In this document: in pieces, positions 13,101-25,900 of the stretch
Numbering within the stretch: the stretch's first letter is position 1
How the letters are laid out: every line of letters begins with the position of its first letter
Source of the DNA: Octopus bimaculoides
Lineage: Eukaryota
Reading direction: 5' to 3'
Assembly: GCF_001194135.2 (NCBI RefSeq)
Contig: NC_069002.1
Span: 15,074,123 to 15,138,122 of the forward strand
DNA: 64,000 nt
Notes under the pieces: model-generated
What the model was told of the DNA's origin: nothing
The model's database searches: none
What the model saw: only the letters and a program-made list of their open reading frames with translations
Translations under genes and position numbers: made by a program

Positions 13101-15513
13101 TAAAGAATATAGATTTATAAATACCTAAAAGGAATCCCAGTTTTAGAAGCATTGTCCTTGTTGCAAAATATATTCTCCAGTTTCCAATTTTCATATTGGT
13201 ATATAGTTTTGAATCCATGGCATCTCTTCCAATTGTCAGTGGACAGCTGTTGTAATTAACCATAGCCTTATTCCTTTTCAAAGATAATGACTTGGAAACA
13301 ATTTTTCCATTCATAAAAACAGTTGCTCCTGCTTCTGCTGACCATGAAAGATGGTATTCATTTTCTTGTTTATACATTTCTTGGTCAATATCAACTATTT
13401 TAGCTTTATAAACATGGGTTGTTGTGGAGACAGAAAACACCAGCTCTTCGCTTCCATAGTAAAAACTGAAACCATTATATGTATCTTTGTTTCCACATGT
13501 GGTGAAGATATAAGTATTTTCTTTGAAAGTAAGCAGAGACAACGTAAATGAATGTGTAATACCATAAGAACATAGGTTAGGGTTAAATAAGCAAAGATTT
13601 GTGTAAGGAAGACTCAGGTATTCATTTTTGCCATCAAGTACCAGCATTAATTCATTTCTTTTTCCTGGAACCAACTGTGGTTGTCCAATAACGGAAATGG
13701 TGTTATTTGATGGTAGATATAGTATATTACCTTTAATCTCCAGAAACTGGAAATTTATAAAAGTAATTTTATCTGCTGCAAAAGAGAAAAAAAAAACAAT
13801 GAAAACATGCAGAAAACATAATTTAAAATGAAAATATGCAGAAAATATAATTTAAAAGGAAAATATACAGAAAACATAATTCAAAATGAACAATGAAAAT
13901 ATGCAGAAACACATAATCTAAAATGAACATAATTTAAAATGAACAACTAAAACCTAAAATATCTGGGGTCTCCATCCACCATGGCTGGCTAGGTATCTAT
14001 ACCTGCATACACAAGCCTTTGCAAGTTATATTTGTGGAAGCCTGGCAGTTGCTCAGGCAAGCAATTCTTTTCTCTGCCCATCATTATTGCTATTGTTCAA
14101 GGGAAAGGGTACCACCTTCAGGTTGATACAGTTTGGCATTCATGTCAGAACAAAGGCCAAGAGCAGACACTACATGGTATCATATCTGATGCTTTAACTG
14201 CTGCCACCGTAGTAGTGGTTGTGGTGGTGGTGGTGATACTCCAGTTCACTGGGCTGTAGAAATGAGTTGTGATGTCACTGTTGCCAAACTGTATTGGTTT
14301 TTGCCAAGCTATATCAGTCTGCCATGGAAAGGGGAGACTGGTATTCATAGGTGACTGCTGGTCTTCAATAAACAACCTTGCCCAGATATGTGTCTTGGAG
14401 GATAACTTTCTAGGTGAAATCCAATGGTCATTCATGACGAAGGGGGTCTTTATCCTTTACCCTTTGGAGTCATTATAAAAAAACACAAAAAAACTGGATT
14501 AATGTCATCACCTTGCCGTTAGGAACTTTTAACAAAGCCCTTCTCTATTGCAAGCGTTCAGATCAGGAATCTGACCAGACGGTAACTGCATCTATTTCAT
14601 TATGGCATCATCTTGTTACATTCTCTATTTCATTTACAGTACCATTCTATTTTATTTCTCCTCTCATTACAGTATCATTTGGTCTATCAAAGCCTTTAGA
14701 TGAGCCCACTCTATTGCAACCATTTGACCCATGTGTCCAATTTCTTCTCCCCTTTTCTCCCAACTCCCAGCTTGGGGGCCATACACAAACGTTCATAGTT
14801 GCTACTCAGTCCTCTCGACCCTTTTTCGTCTTTTAGTCAAGAACTACAAGGTGAGTGGTAGGGAGAATGGTTTTCTTGCACTGGAGACTTCACATAAATA
14901 TTATAACAAAGTAAACTATGCTATCGGTTCCTAAGGACCAAATGGTGGTGTTAACCCAGGCATTGAAATCAATATACTATTCAGTCAATGTAAGCACAGA
15001 GAAAAATGCTGAAAATAATCAGTCATGATTTGGTAATGTGCTACCTTTTGACTTTTAATTAATAAAAACTAAAATGGAGACATTACAAGGATGTGAATTG
15101 AAACCCAGTGTGGCCGCAGACAACTCAATTGAAACTAATAAATGAGTAGTGGTAGAAGGTAAATAAGAAGATAATTATTGCATCTGCATCTCTTTAGCAT
15201 TTAGATCTCACCTCTCACACATACCCTACTACAATATCATTCCAAAAAAAGAATATAAAGAAAAAACATTGATATTTACATCGTATTTGAGTCCATTGGG
15301 TCTTAGAAAATGTTATATCACAGTATAAAGTAGGACTCTCTGGGTTAATGACGCCTTGGGGATAGCATTTGTCATTGATTCGACAAACATCTTCCTGATT
15401 TTGGAGAGAAAGAAGAAACATTTTGAAATGATGAAGGATTGTGTAATTAACAAGATCATTTTAAAACTCTATTGCACTATGTATGTGTGTGTACATCTCT
15501 CTCTCTCTCTCTT

Positions 15514-15560
<47 letters not shown>

Positions 15561-15706
15561 CAGGTTAATGTTGAACAATGAGAATGAATGCTCAACACTG
15601 CATTGGTGGATAATATGTTTTATTTATGTATTAAGGCTACCATTGGTTTCATGTTAAGATATTAAGATATTTTTCTTAACATAAAACCAATGGTAGCTTT
15701 AATACT

Positions 15707-15755
<49 letters not shown>

Positions 15756-16852
15756 GGTGGTCCAAAGTATATTTTATTCAAAAAGTAGGCTAACAGTTGT
15801 ATATTTTTTATTCAAAAAGTAGGCTAACTGTGGTATATTTTTATTTTTATAGGACAGTGAAGCATGATGGTGGGCAAGCTGACAGACAAGTAAAGAAAGT
15901 GAATCCTAAAGAGTTATTGGAAATCTGAAAATGTGAAAACCGTGCTCCAGAAGTGAACAGGCAATTTACAAAATGATAGACAAATTTAAAGAGACAAGTT
16001 CAGTAAAGAATGCCACGAAATCTGGACGTCCTTGAACTATTACCACGAAGGAAAACTCAATGCAGGTAGCGTTGACTTTTGTGAATAGCCCTAAGAAGTC
16101 TACCAGATGAACATCAGCTGAGTTGGGCATCTCACGAAGGTCCCTTGGATGTCTCATGTCAAAACTGAACTTCAAACCATACCGACCTAGACTTCTGCAA
16201 CACTTAACAGAGGATAATCCAAATTGTCATTTGGAGTTCACAGAAGTCATGCTGAATTAGATTCATAGAAACCTGCAGTTTGTTGACAAGGTTGTTTGGT
16301 CAGATGAGGCCTGTTTTAAGTTATCAGGTCATGTCAACTGGCGTAGCTGTGTTTACTGGTATGACACCCCCACACCCCCAACACACACCTTTGATGCCCA
16401 CAATGCAGGCTATACCCAACTTTGGTGATGTATTATTCCAACAGATTGGGGCACAACCTCGTTATGCATTTCATGTGCATAATTTCCTCAGTGAAACATT
16501 CCCAGGGAGGTGGATTAGGTGATGTGGAAGCATTGAATGGCTGCCCCGTTCCCCAGACCTAATGCCCATGGATTTTTTTTTTTTTCTGAGGTATTGTGAA
16601 AAAGAGGTATTCTAGAGAAAATCATGCACTCTGCCTCAACTACATAGGTTCATTACAGAGGCCTGACTGGAAATCAAAACTGACCTGGACCTGTGTTGTT
16701 GTGAGTATCACAGTGTGGCTGATAGACTCCAAGAATGTGTCAATGTACAAGGTGGACATTTTGAGCATTTATGGGACTAACATTGTATAATGTTTTTTGA
16801 ATAAAAAAAAATATATATATACAACTACTTTTGCACCACCCTGTATATATAT

Positions 16853-16912
<60 letters not shown>

Positions 16913-19900
16913 GGTATCATTTATAGCCTAATGAAATGTTTTCACACATATTGCCTACGAGGAAAATTTTTTATAGAAGACTATTTCCAAAGTGAAAGGT
17001 CTTCACACATCCATGTGTACACAAATGTATTAAATATGTCTGTATACAAACACACACACACACACACACACAAGTGTGTATATAACTATATGGTGCTGTA
17101 CAAAAGTCCAACATATATTTATGCATATGTATGTGTGTGCATGCGTACAGAAATATGTGTGCACTTGTGTGTGTGAATATGCATGCATGCATGTGTGTGT
17201 ATATGTGTATGTGTGCATGTGAATTTCTTTTTTAACTTAAAAATTATGAAAAGAAAAAGGGAATTTTTATGTAAAAATTTTTGCAGGCTTCAGTTTTTCA
17301 AAGGAAAAAACAGAATAGTGCTAGGTTGTAGCCTGCTGAGTAGTAATTGTTAAATTCTTCTCCAGTTTTCCAAATTGATCACCTTCTTCCTTTATTTTGA
17401 AAAAGAAGAGAGAATATTTTGAATTTTCCACCCACATAAATGTCTAAATGTTTATTACATGGAATATTTTTAACAAATTGATCTTTGATTTGTTGTTTAC
17501 AAATAATAACTTTGCAAAGTAGACTGGAACAAGCTGGACTATGTAATTTTCAAGTAGAAACAAGCAACTTTTATGGATTACCAAAAATTTATAGATCCAA
17601 ATAGACTGGCTCTCAGTTTTAAGGACTTCCATACATCATATTTAAGGATTTTCAAACAGAGTTAAAATTACACCTAAACACTCAATAATTAAGCAATTTA
17701 CTATACATCACATTGAAACCTGTGTAAATTGGTTCTGAGTTCATTCTGCCAAATGATAACTTTGAAGTTGACACTTATAAATAATCAAAGACAACCACCA
17801 AACCATCAAAGTCTCTTAACAATGCTGAAATTTACTTTGGAAGAAGAAATTATACAGGTAACAATGTTTGTTGTGAGTATATGATTATATTGAACAGAGT
17901 GAAATCAAAAAGTTCAAGGATGAGAAAGAATTCCAGCTTAGTACAAATATGAATTACAAAACAAGTAGCTCTAATCTACTACATTATATATATATCTACA
18001 ATACAATGAGAAGTATTTCAATGAAAATTTGTTAAACTGAGTCAGGGTACTTAAACAACAAATCAATGATCCATTAGCGAGAAATGTTCCATGTAATAAA
18101 TATTTAGATTTCTGTGTGAATGGGAAATCAAGGTATTCTACTTTTCCAAAATTAAAGAAGAAAATTATGAAAGTCAGTTGATGAGTATTCCATAACGATT
18201 TTCAATCCAAAACTAAATCAGAAATAATGACCACCACTACTGAATACAGTTACTGCTCTATGGATAACAACAGAGAAAACTTTAGTTTATATAACATGTA
18301 TGTTTGAAAAGCGGAGGAAAATGAAAGTGCTTCCATAAAAATTCTTCTCTTGATCTTAGTATTTGAATTCAAAACATGAAGATATGCAACTAAATACCAT
18401 GAAATACAGGGTTGGCCAAAAGTCACCTGACAGTAAGTCAAACCCATTTAATTCCAAGATTTATTTATGTTTAACAACTGAATGAATTTAATAGAAGTAT
18501 CTAAATATGAAATGTCATGAAAATAGTTCCACCTGCAGTCCTTCTTGAGTGACACATTTTTCCATTCAAGTCAATACAGAATTACTGATAGTATTTATGA
18601 AATCTTGGTTTACTGTCAGGTGACTTTTGGCCAACTGTGTATTTAGTGTGATAGCCTAGTATTTCTGCCATTCCACCAATACAACTTTAAAAACATTCAG
18701 TATCAAACAGTTCCTGATGATGACTTGCTGTGTGCTTATTTTACTTACTCGGTCTTGGCATCTAAATTTCAAGTCACAAGTCTTGCAGTTTCCATCATAA
18801 TACACAACAGTGACAATTGTGATTGAACTATTGGCAAAATTCCTGATAGAGATATTGAATAAACCATAGCCTGGAAGTTGGCACAGTGCCTCCTCACTCG
18901 ACACATAAACAAGTTTCTTCTCTTCCACATATTTAGTACCGCTGAGATTTTCCTGGAAAGAGAAGAACAGAAGAGGTGAGAGAACAATAACCTCACCACC
19001 AACAACAACAACAACAGAAACAACAACAACAACAACAGAAACAACAACAACTCCATATCTCAATATTTTAACTGTTTCTTCTTACTAGAGACTAATGAAA
19101 GTTTTCCATTTGATTTTAATTAAATAAACTTTTATCCAACACAGTTCCTACCAATGTCACAATGTTTACAGTTCTATGTTTGCCATTAGAATGCTATCCA
19201 TAGGTCAGTTCTCACAAATATCACAGTGCTCACAGCTCAGTATTCACCCCAGCATTATACTGACCATCCCCAAATCTAGATCGAGTCACATTGTCCATCT
19301 CTCAATATTCACCTGTATTACACTGACCATCGCTTAACACACACTAGTATTACATTGTCTAAATCTCACAAATGTTTCACAGACCATCACTGTCCAAGAT
19401 TAAGCTACTGACAACATTTATTTTCCCCATTTTTGACATCAAATGTTTGCTGATGATTTTGACCTGTTAAGAAGCAGCAAAGCAGAAGTACACAAGTGCA
19501 TCACAAGACTGGAAAAAATATCAGGAGCATACAGGATGGAGATCAGCCCAGAAAAGAGTAAAAATCCTGATTAATGGTAACAACCAAAACATAACAACCA
19601 ATTTCATGCTGAATGGAAAAAAAACTTGATGAAGTGGACACCTTCAAGTACCTAGGACTCACTTTGACCAAAGATAGCAGATCTCGAAGGGAGTTAACAA
19701 CAAGACTCAGCTTAGTCTCTGCTCCCATGACAAAACTGAACAACATATGGAAAATCTATTGCATTAGTTTTCCAATGAGATTCATCATCATCATCGTTTA
19801 ATGTCCGCTTTCCATGCTGGCATGGGTTGGACGATTTGACTGAGGACTGGTGAAACCAGATGGCTACACCAGGCTCCAATCTGATTTGGCAGAGTTTCTA

Positions 19901-22900
19901 CGGCTGGATGCCCTTCCTAACGCCAACCACTCTGAGAGTGTAGTGGGTGCTTTTACATGTCACCTGCACAAAGGCCAGTCAGGCAGTACTGGCAACAGCC
20001 ACGCTCAAAATGGTGTATTTTATGTGCACAAGAGCCAGTCCAGGGGCACTGGCAACGATTGTATAAAACTCTGGTGACTTCAATCCTTCTGTATGAGTGT
20101 GACTCTTACAGCTGACATGAAGCAAAGAATCCAGGCAGTTGAGCACAAGTGCTTCAGAGGGCTATCACACATTCTGTACACTGAGCACGAAAGGAACAGC
20201 TTTGTTAAATGGCAAGTCAACAAATACACTGGCAGACAGGAGCCATTCCTTGCACAGGTAAAAAAATGGAAGCTTGCATGGTTTGGTCATATGTCCTACA
20301 ACAACTTCCTGCCCAAAATCATTCTTCTGGGCACAGTTCAGGGAAGGTGGAAGAGAGGCAGACAAAGAAAAATCCTGGTCTGACAACATAAATGACTGGA
20401 CAGGTGACAACACTGACTCTGCTCCGCATGACAGAGAACAGAGACCAGTAGTGACATTATCTGGAGTGAGACCCCCAAGGACTAGCTGCATCAGTTAAGG
20501 GATCTTGATGATGATTGACAATGTAATTGAATACAGGAGTCAGCTGTTCATTCAACTAAAGTCAGTTGCGAAAGGCTTAAATAAACTGATTGATCATTTT
20601 TTAAAATTCTTTTACTTGTTTCAGTCATTTGACTGCAGCCATGCTGGAGCACTGCCTTAACGGCTTTTTTAGTTGAAGAAATCAACCCTACGACTTATTC
20701 TTTGTAAGCTTAGTACTTATTCTATTGTTCTCTTTTTGTTGAACTGCTAAGTTACAGGGAAATAAACACACCAGCATCTGTTGTCAAGTGATGATGTAGT
20801 GGCAAACACAGACATACACACACACACACACACACACACACGACGGGCTTCTTTCAGTTTCTGTCTACCATATATACTAAGGCTTTGGTTAGCTTGAGGC
20901 TATTGTAGAAGACATTTGCCCAAGGTGCCACACAGTGTGACTGAACCTGGAACCATGTGGTTGGAAAGCAAGCTTCTTGCCACACCACCAAGTTGGCACC
21001 TGTCAATGATTTTTAAGTTTTATAGTGATTTTACAAAGACTTTAAATATATAACAGATTTACAGTACTTTTCACTAAGGTTTTAATTATAATATACCATC
21101 GTTAACATGCAATTTCAATTCCCAACATTTTTGTATTTGGTATAAATAAGAATCCAAAGTCTAGATCTCTCATGAAGTAAAATGCTTTCCAAAAACCAAT
21201 TCCATATTTACTTATCAAAAACTTCTTTTAAACCAGTAGGGCCTCCTAGAGTTTAATATTCCCCAAAGAATTTCTTTACTCATAGTAAACGAAAATGACA
21301 AAACAAAGCAAAAACAAAACCACCACCAAAATTCAAATGAAGCTATTTCTTACGTTAATTTTATAAATAGTGCAAGTCATTTCATATGAAGTAAAATGCT
21401 TTCCAAAAACCAATTCCATATTTACTTATCAAAATCTTCTTTTAAACCAGTAGGGCCTCCTAGAGTTTAATATTCCCCAAAGAATTTCTTTACTCATAGT
21501 AAAAGAAAATGACAAAACAAAGCAAAAACAAAACCACCACCAAAATTCAAATGAAGCTATTTCTTACGTTAATTTTATAAATAGTGCAAGTCATTTCAGA
21601 TGATCCAGAAAACCTTGAACCTCTTAGACGAATGTAACAATCAGAAGCATTTACTAAACAGGATTTTGTCAATTCTGCTTGTTCAACGGATGGAGGTTGG
21701 GCAATAGATATTGAACAATCTTCTCCAAACCAGTCTTTTTCACAAATACAATTACCTAGAATGAGGAGATAAAACATTTACAATTAAGGACAAAAATACA
21801 ATATGACATGCATTACAGTAAATTAATAGAATAGTTTTAATTAATTAGTTTGTTTCAATTCTTTTTGTCCATGGCTTTTGAACCATCACCGTTGATGTTT
21901 GACTGCTACTGTTTGAGTTTAGAGTGCCATGTAGATTATCATCATCCAGTCTGCTTCCAGTATAGAGGTTTGGCTATGAGTGAAACTAGCAATATTATTG
22001 GTTATGATACGTTGAAATTATGATGGGGGAAATTATGATAAACACAAGATTTTATCATTTAACACAACTCTGCCAAATCAGATTGGAGCCTGGTGTAGCC
22101 ATCTGGTTCACCAGTCCTCAGTCAAATCGTCCAACCCATGCTAGCATGGAAAGCGAACGTTAAACGATGATGATGATATATAGCATTCGAAACAAATTCT
22201 ATTTCAACAAGGCGAGTTTAAAAACTGATTGCCAAAGCTCAAACCTACTCTGAGAACAGTTGCCATGGTTATTGCAATCATTGATACAAATGTTGTCAAA
22301 AATTTCCTCAGGGATTTCCAGTGTATCATTAGTGGACACCCATAATGTGACATTGGTTTCTATTTCATTTAGGCATTGTTCTTTGAGGTTTTCCACTGCG
22401 TCGGAGACCCAGTCAAATGTGTCGGTTAGCTGTAAAAGAAAGCAAATTCAGATTCTGAGATTAAAAAGGCCATGCATTATCTTTAAAAAAAAAGGACCAT
22501 TAAACCCTTTATTCCTTCCGGTACATGACAGGTTCATTATTTTAAGAGCCACTGAACTATGACAGACAAAGATTCGTAACATGAGAACAATACCAAACAT
22601 TCTGGAAGGAGGAAGAATCAATTACATCAATCATGAGTATATTTTATTATTGACCCAGGAAGGATAAAAAGCAAAGCATAGTGATTGAGGCAGAATTTGA
22701 ACTCAAAAGGTACAGTAATGTAACTAAATATGGTAAAGTATTTTGCCGACAACTCTTGCAAAGCTTAAATTTCTAGAAAATCCACTTGTAAAAAGAGAAT
22801 ACTTAAAATCCTACATAATAACAGTAATTTTGAAGCACTTATATTAAAATGTCAATTGCATATACTTCACAAAAATAAAAAAAATAAAAAATTCCTTTAT

Positions 22901-25900
22901 ATATATATTTTGAAATTCACTCCCAGTGGAACTAAGTAAACTTAAAACTATAGAAAATGACAATTGCTCAAGGAGTTGCATAATGGGATTGAACTTAGGC
23001 CCTTGTGGTTGTAAAGCAAACTTTTTAACAATTCAGCCATGTTACATCTATTATGATGCAAGTAAAAGGGTAAAGATCCCTCCTTCGATCATGAATGACC
23101 ATTGGATTACACCTAGAAAGTTCCCTTCTGAGGAACAAGTCTAGTTGAAGTTGTTCATGGAAGACCGGCAGTCGCCCATGTATACCAACCTCCTTTCTCC
23201 ACACTACTGATGTTATCCAAGAGAAAGGCAAAGGCCAATACAGCTTGGCACCAGTGACATTGCAACTCATTTCTACAACTGAATGAACTGGAGCAACGTG
23301 AAGTAAAGTGTCTTGTTCAAGAACACAACAACCAGCTTGGTCCAGTAATCAAACTCACTACTTCATGATTGTGAGCCCGACAGTCTAATCACTGAGCCAT
23401 GTGCCTTCACAATGATGCTAGTATTTGATTTATAAAGTATAAAGTGCTAAGCGTGAGCCATTATTTTAATCTCAGCTTGATTAGATAGTGTGTGACTTTC
23501 ACTGTCTCTTACCTGTACATCTTCAATACAGCCCTCAATAGTTGTTTCAACATTGACATTTTCAAACTTCTTACATTTTGATCCAGCAGTAGAAAACAAA
23601 ATCTTCGTTTTACAAAACTCTTCAACCTCTGTTTTGGTTTTGTTTGAAGGTGTTGGCCAAGAAACATCCTGAAAGCAGATAATGTAGTTATACAGTAACA
23701 CATAAGATAGTTATATATTCTTTTAGTCTTTCATTTGTTTCAGTCATTTGTCTGTGTCCATGCTGGAGCACTGCCTTGAAGGATTTTAGTCAAAATACAT
23801 CGATCCCCAGGACTTATTTTTTAAAGCCTAGTACTTATTCTATCAGACAGTATGCCAAACTGCTAAGTATGCCAAACATGTTGACATTGGTTGTCAAGCT
23901 ATGGTTGGTGGACAAACACAGACACAAAGGCACACACATAAATATACATACATACATACATACATAAATTGTAAATCCAAAAAATAACAACAAAACTACA
24001 AAGGATTCCGTAGTACACGTGTTTCAAGCTTTATATGTGTATAATATAATATGTGTATAATTTACAATGTAAAGCTATCCTCAGCCGCAAAATTATTTCT
24101 CTCCCAGGAAATTATACCACCTCGGCATTGAAGTAGGAAGAAAGGTGTGATGTAAGAGGTGAAGATCCTTTCGGTATTCTGTATAGTACTATACCTCGTA
24201 TAATTCTCCACCCAGACATAATCTCTCCAGTCCTCCGAAAACCTTCCATACATACATACATATATCTACACATATCGTTGTTATGTTAAACTGTTGTATG
24301 ACCAAATTTGGCTAATTGCATTTCTTTCAATATTTTTTTCTGCTTGCAATAGCCAGTTCTTTTGGTCAGACTATCATATCTTCAGCTGCTTCAGATGCCA
24401 AGATATTAAAAATTGTCAAAGTGTAGCACAATGTTTTTGCTATGGAATGGTGAAACCATTTTTCCATTTTCTGAAAAAGCAACATTTTGGACTTATGACA
24501 CTTTTGCATAATAGCAACAATATATATATACATATTTATATCTATGACAAGCTTCTTTCAGTTTCCATTAGCCAAATCTGCTCACAAGGCTTTGGTTGGT
24601 CTGAGGCTATAGTAGACGACACTTACCCAAGGTGTCACAGTGAGATTGAGCCTAGAACCATGTGGTTCGGAAGCAAGTTTCTTAGCATGTATAAAAATAA
24701 TAATTTTTTTTCCCCAATATGTAATATAATACAAATTGGCCCTGTTTATCAAATTGAACATTATTTTGACGGTATGTCTTCTTTCAGTTCACATTATAAA
24801 ACGAAAATATATTCAGAACCAAAAGAAATGATGATTTCTTATTTTCAAATTTGTTATTGGATGATACAAAGTTCATTGTCCCAGGACTGGCTTCAACACT
24901 GACATATAGTGAAATTAACAGGGTTGACGAGTCCACTGGGGAAGGAAATAAAATTCAAAAGTTGTAATTCTGTTACAATAATCCTTGGATACCTGATGCT
25001 TTCTCCAACTGCCAGAATTTTTAAGCATTCCAAATCTTCTTTGGTGCAACATAAAATCAATTGTTGTATCATACCTCTGACTCATACCGGTGTGGAAAAG
25101 GGGACATTAAATGAATAATAAGAATAGGGATTTAAAGTTTTGGTGCAAGGCCTGCAATTTCAAGGGTGGGGTGAAGTCAGTTACATCAAACTCAGTGCTC
25201 AACTGGTACTTGTTTCACCGATCCTGAAAGGATGAAAGGCAAAGTCGACCTCGGAATTTGAACTCAGAATGAAAAAAATGGGTGACATACCACTAAACAT
25301 TTCATCCAGCATGCCAACAATTCTGCCAGCTTGCCAATAGCAATAATAAACGCCCTGATGCAGTACCAGGCAGTGGCTCTCATGGCTTCTTATCTTAATT
25401 AATTGGAAGTGTTATCATGTGTATGTTTTGTCTTGGCATAAAAGATAGGCCACAACAAATATTCTACTCTATAACACAGATTTGCTTGCCAGTTGTTTGA
25501 CCTTAACCGGTTGAGCATGTCCCTTGGTGGCTGACGATATGTGCATCTCTGATCATGAGCAGAAGTAGTGGGAGAGTATCACAGCCATGTAGTTTTGGGT
25601 TTGAATAGTTCACACCTGGAAACATGGGTGTTTCATTCATCATCCTTAAACAAACCTTATTCAGGGACCCTTTGGGCAGGATGGGTTACTCGACCTGAAG
25701 AAAACTCTAACTGGGGCCCAGCTGCATGGCCATGTGCTGTTTATCTTGGTATGAGATCACCATGTCGTGAACATATGGCTCTGATGCATATGGCTGGTGT
25801 ACCCTTACCAGATGGGTATACTGGGCTTCATATATTTGTATCGCTGTGTCACTTTGACGGCATGCACTCCTCTCTCACTCAATAATAATAAATATAGTTT

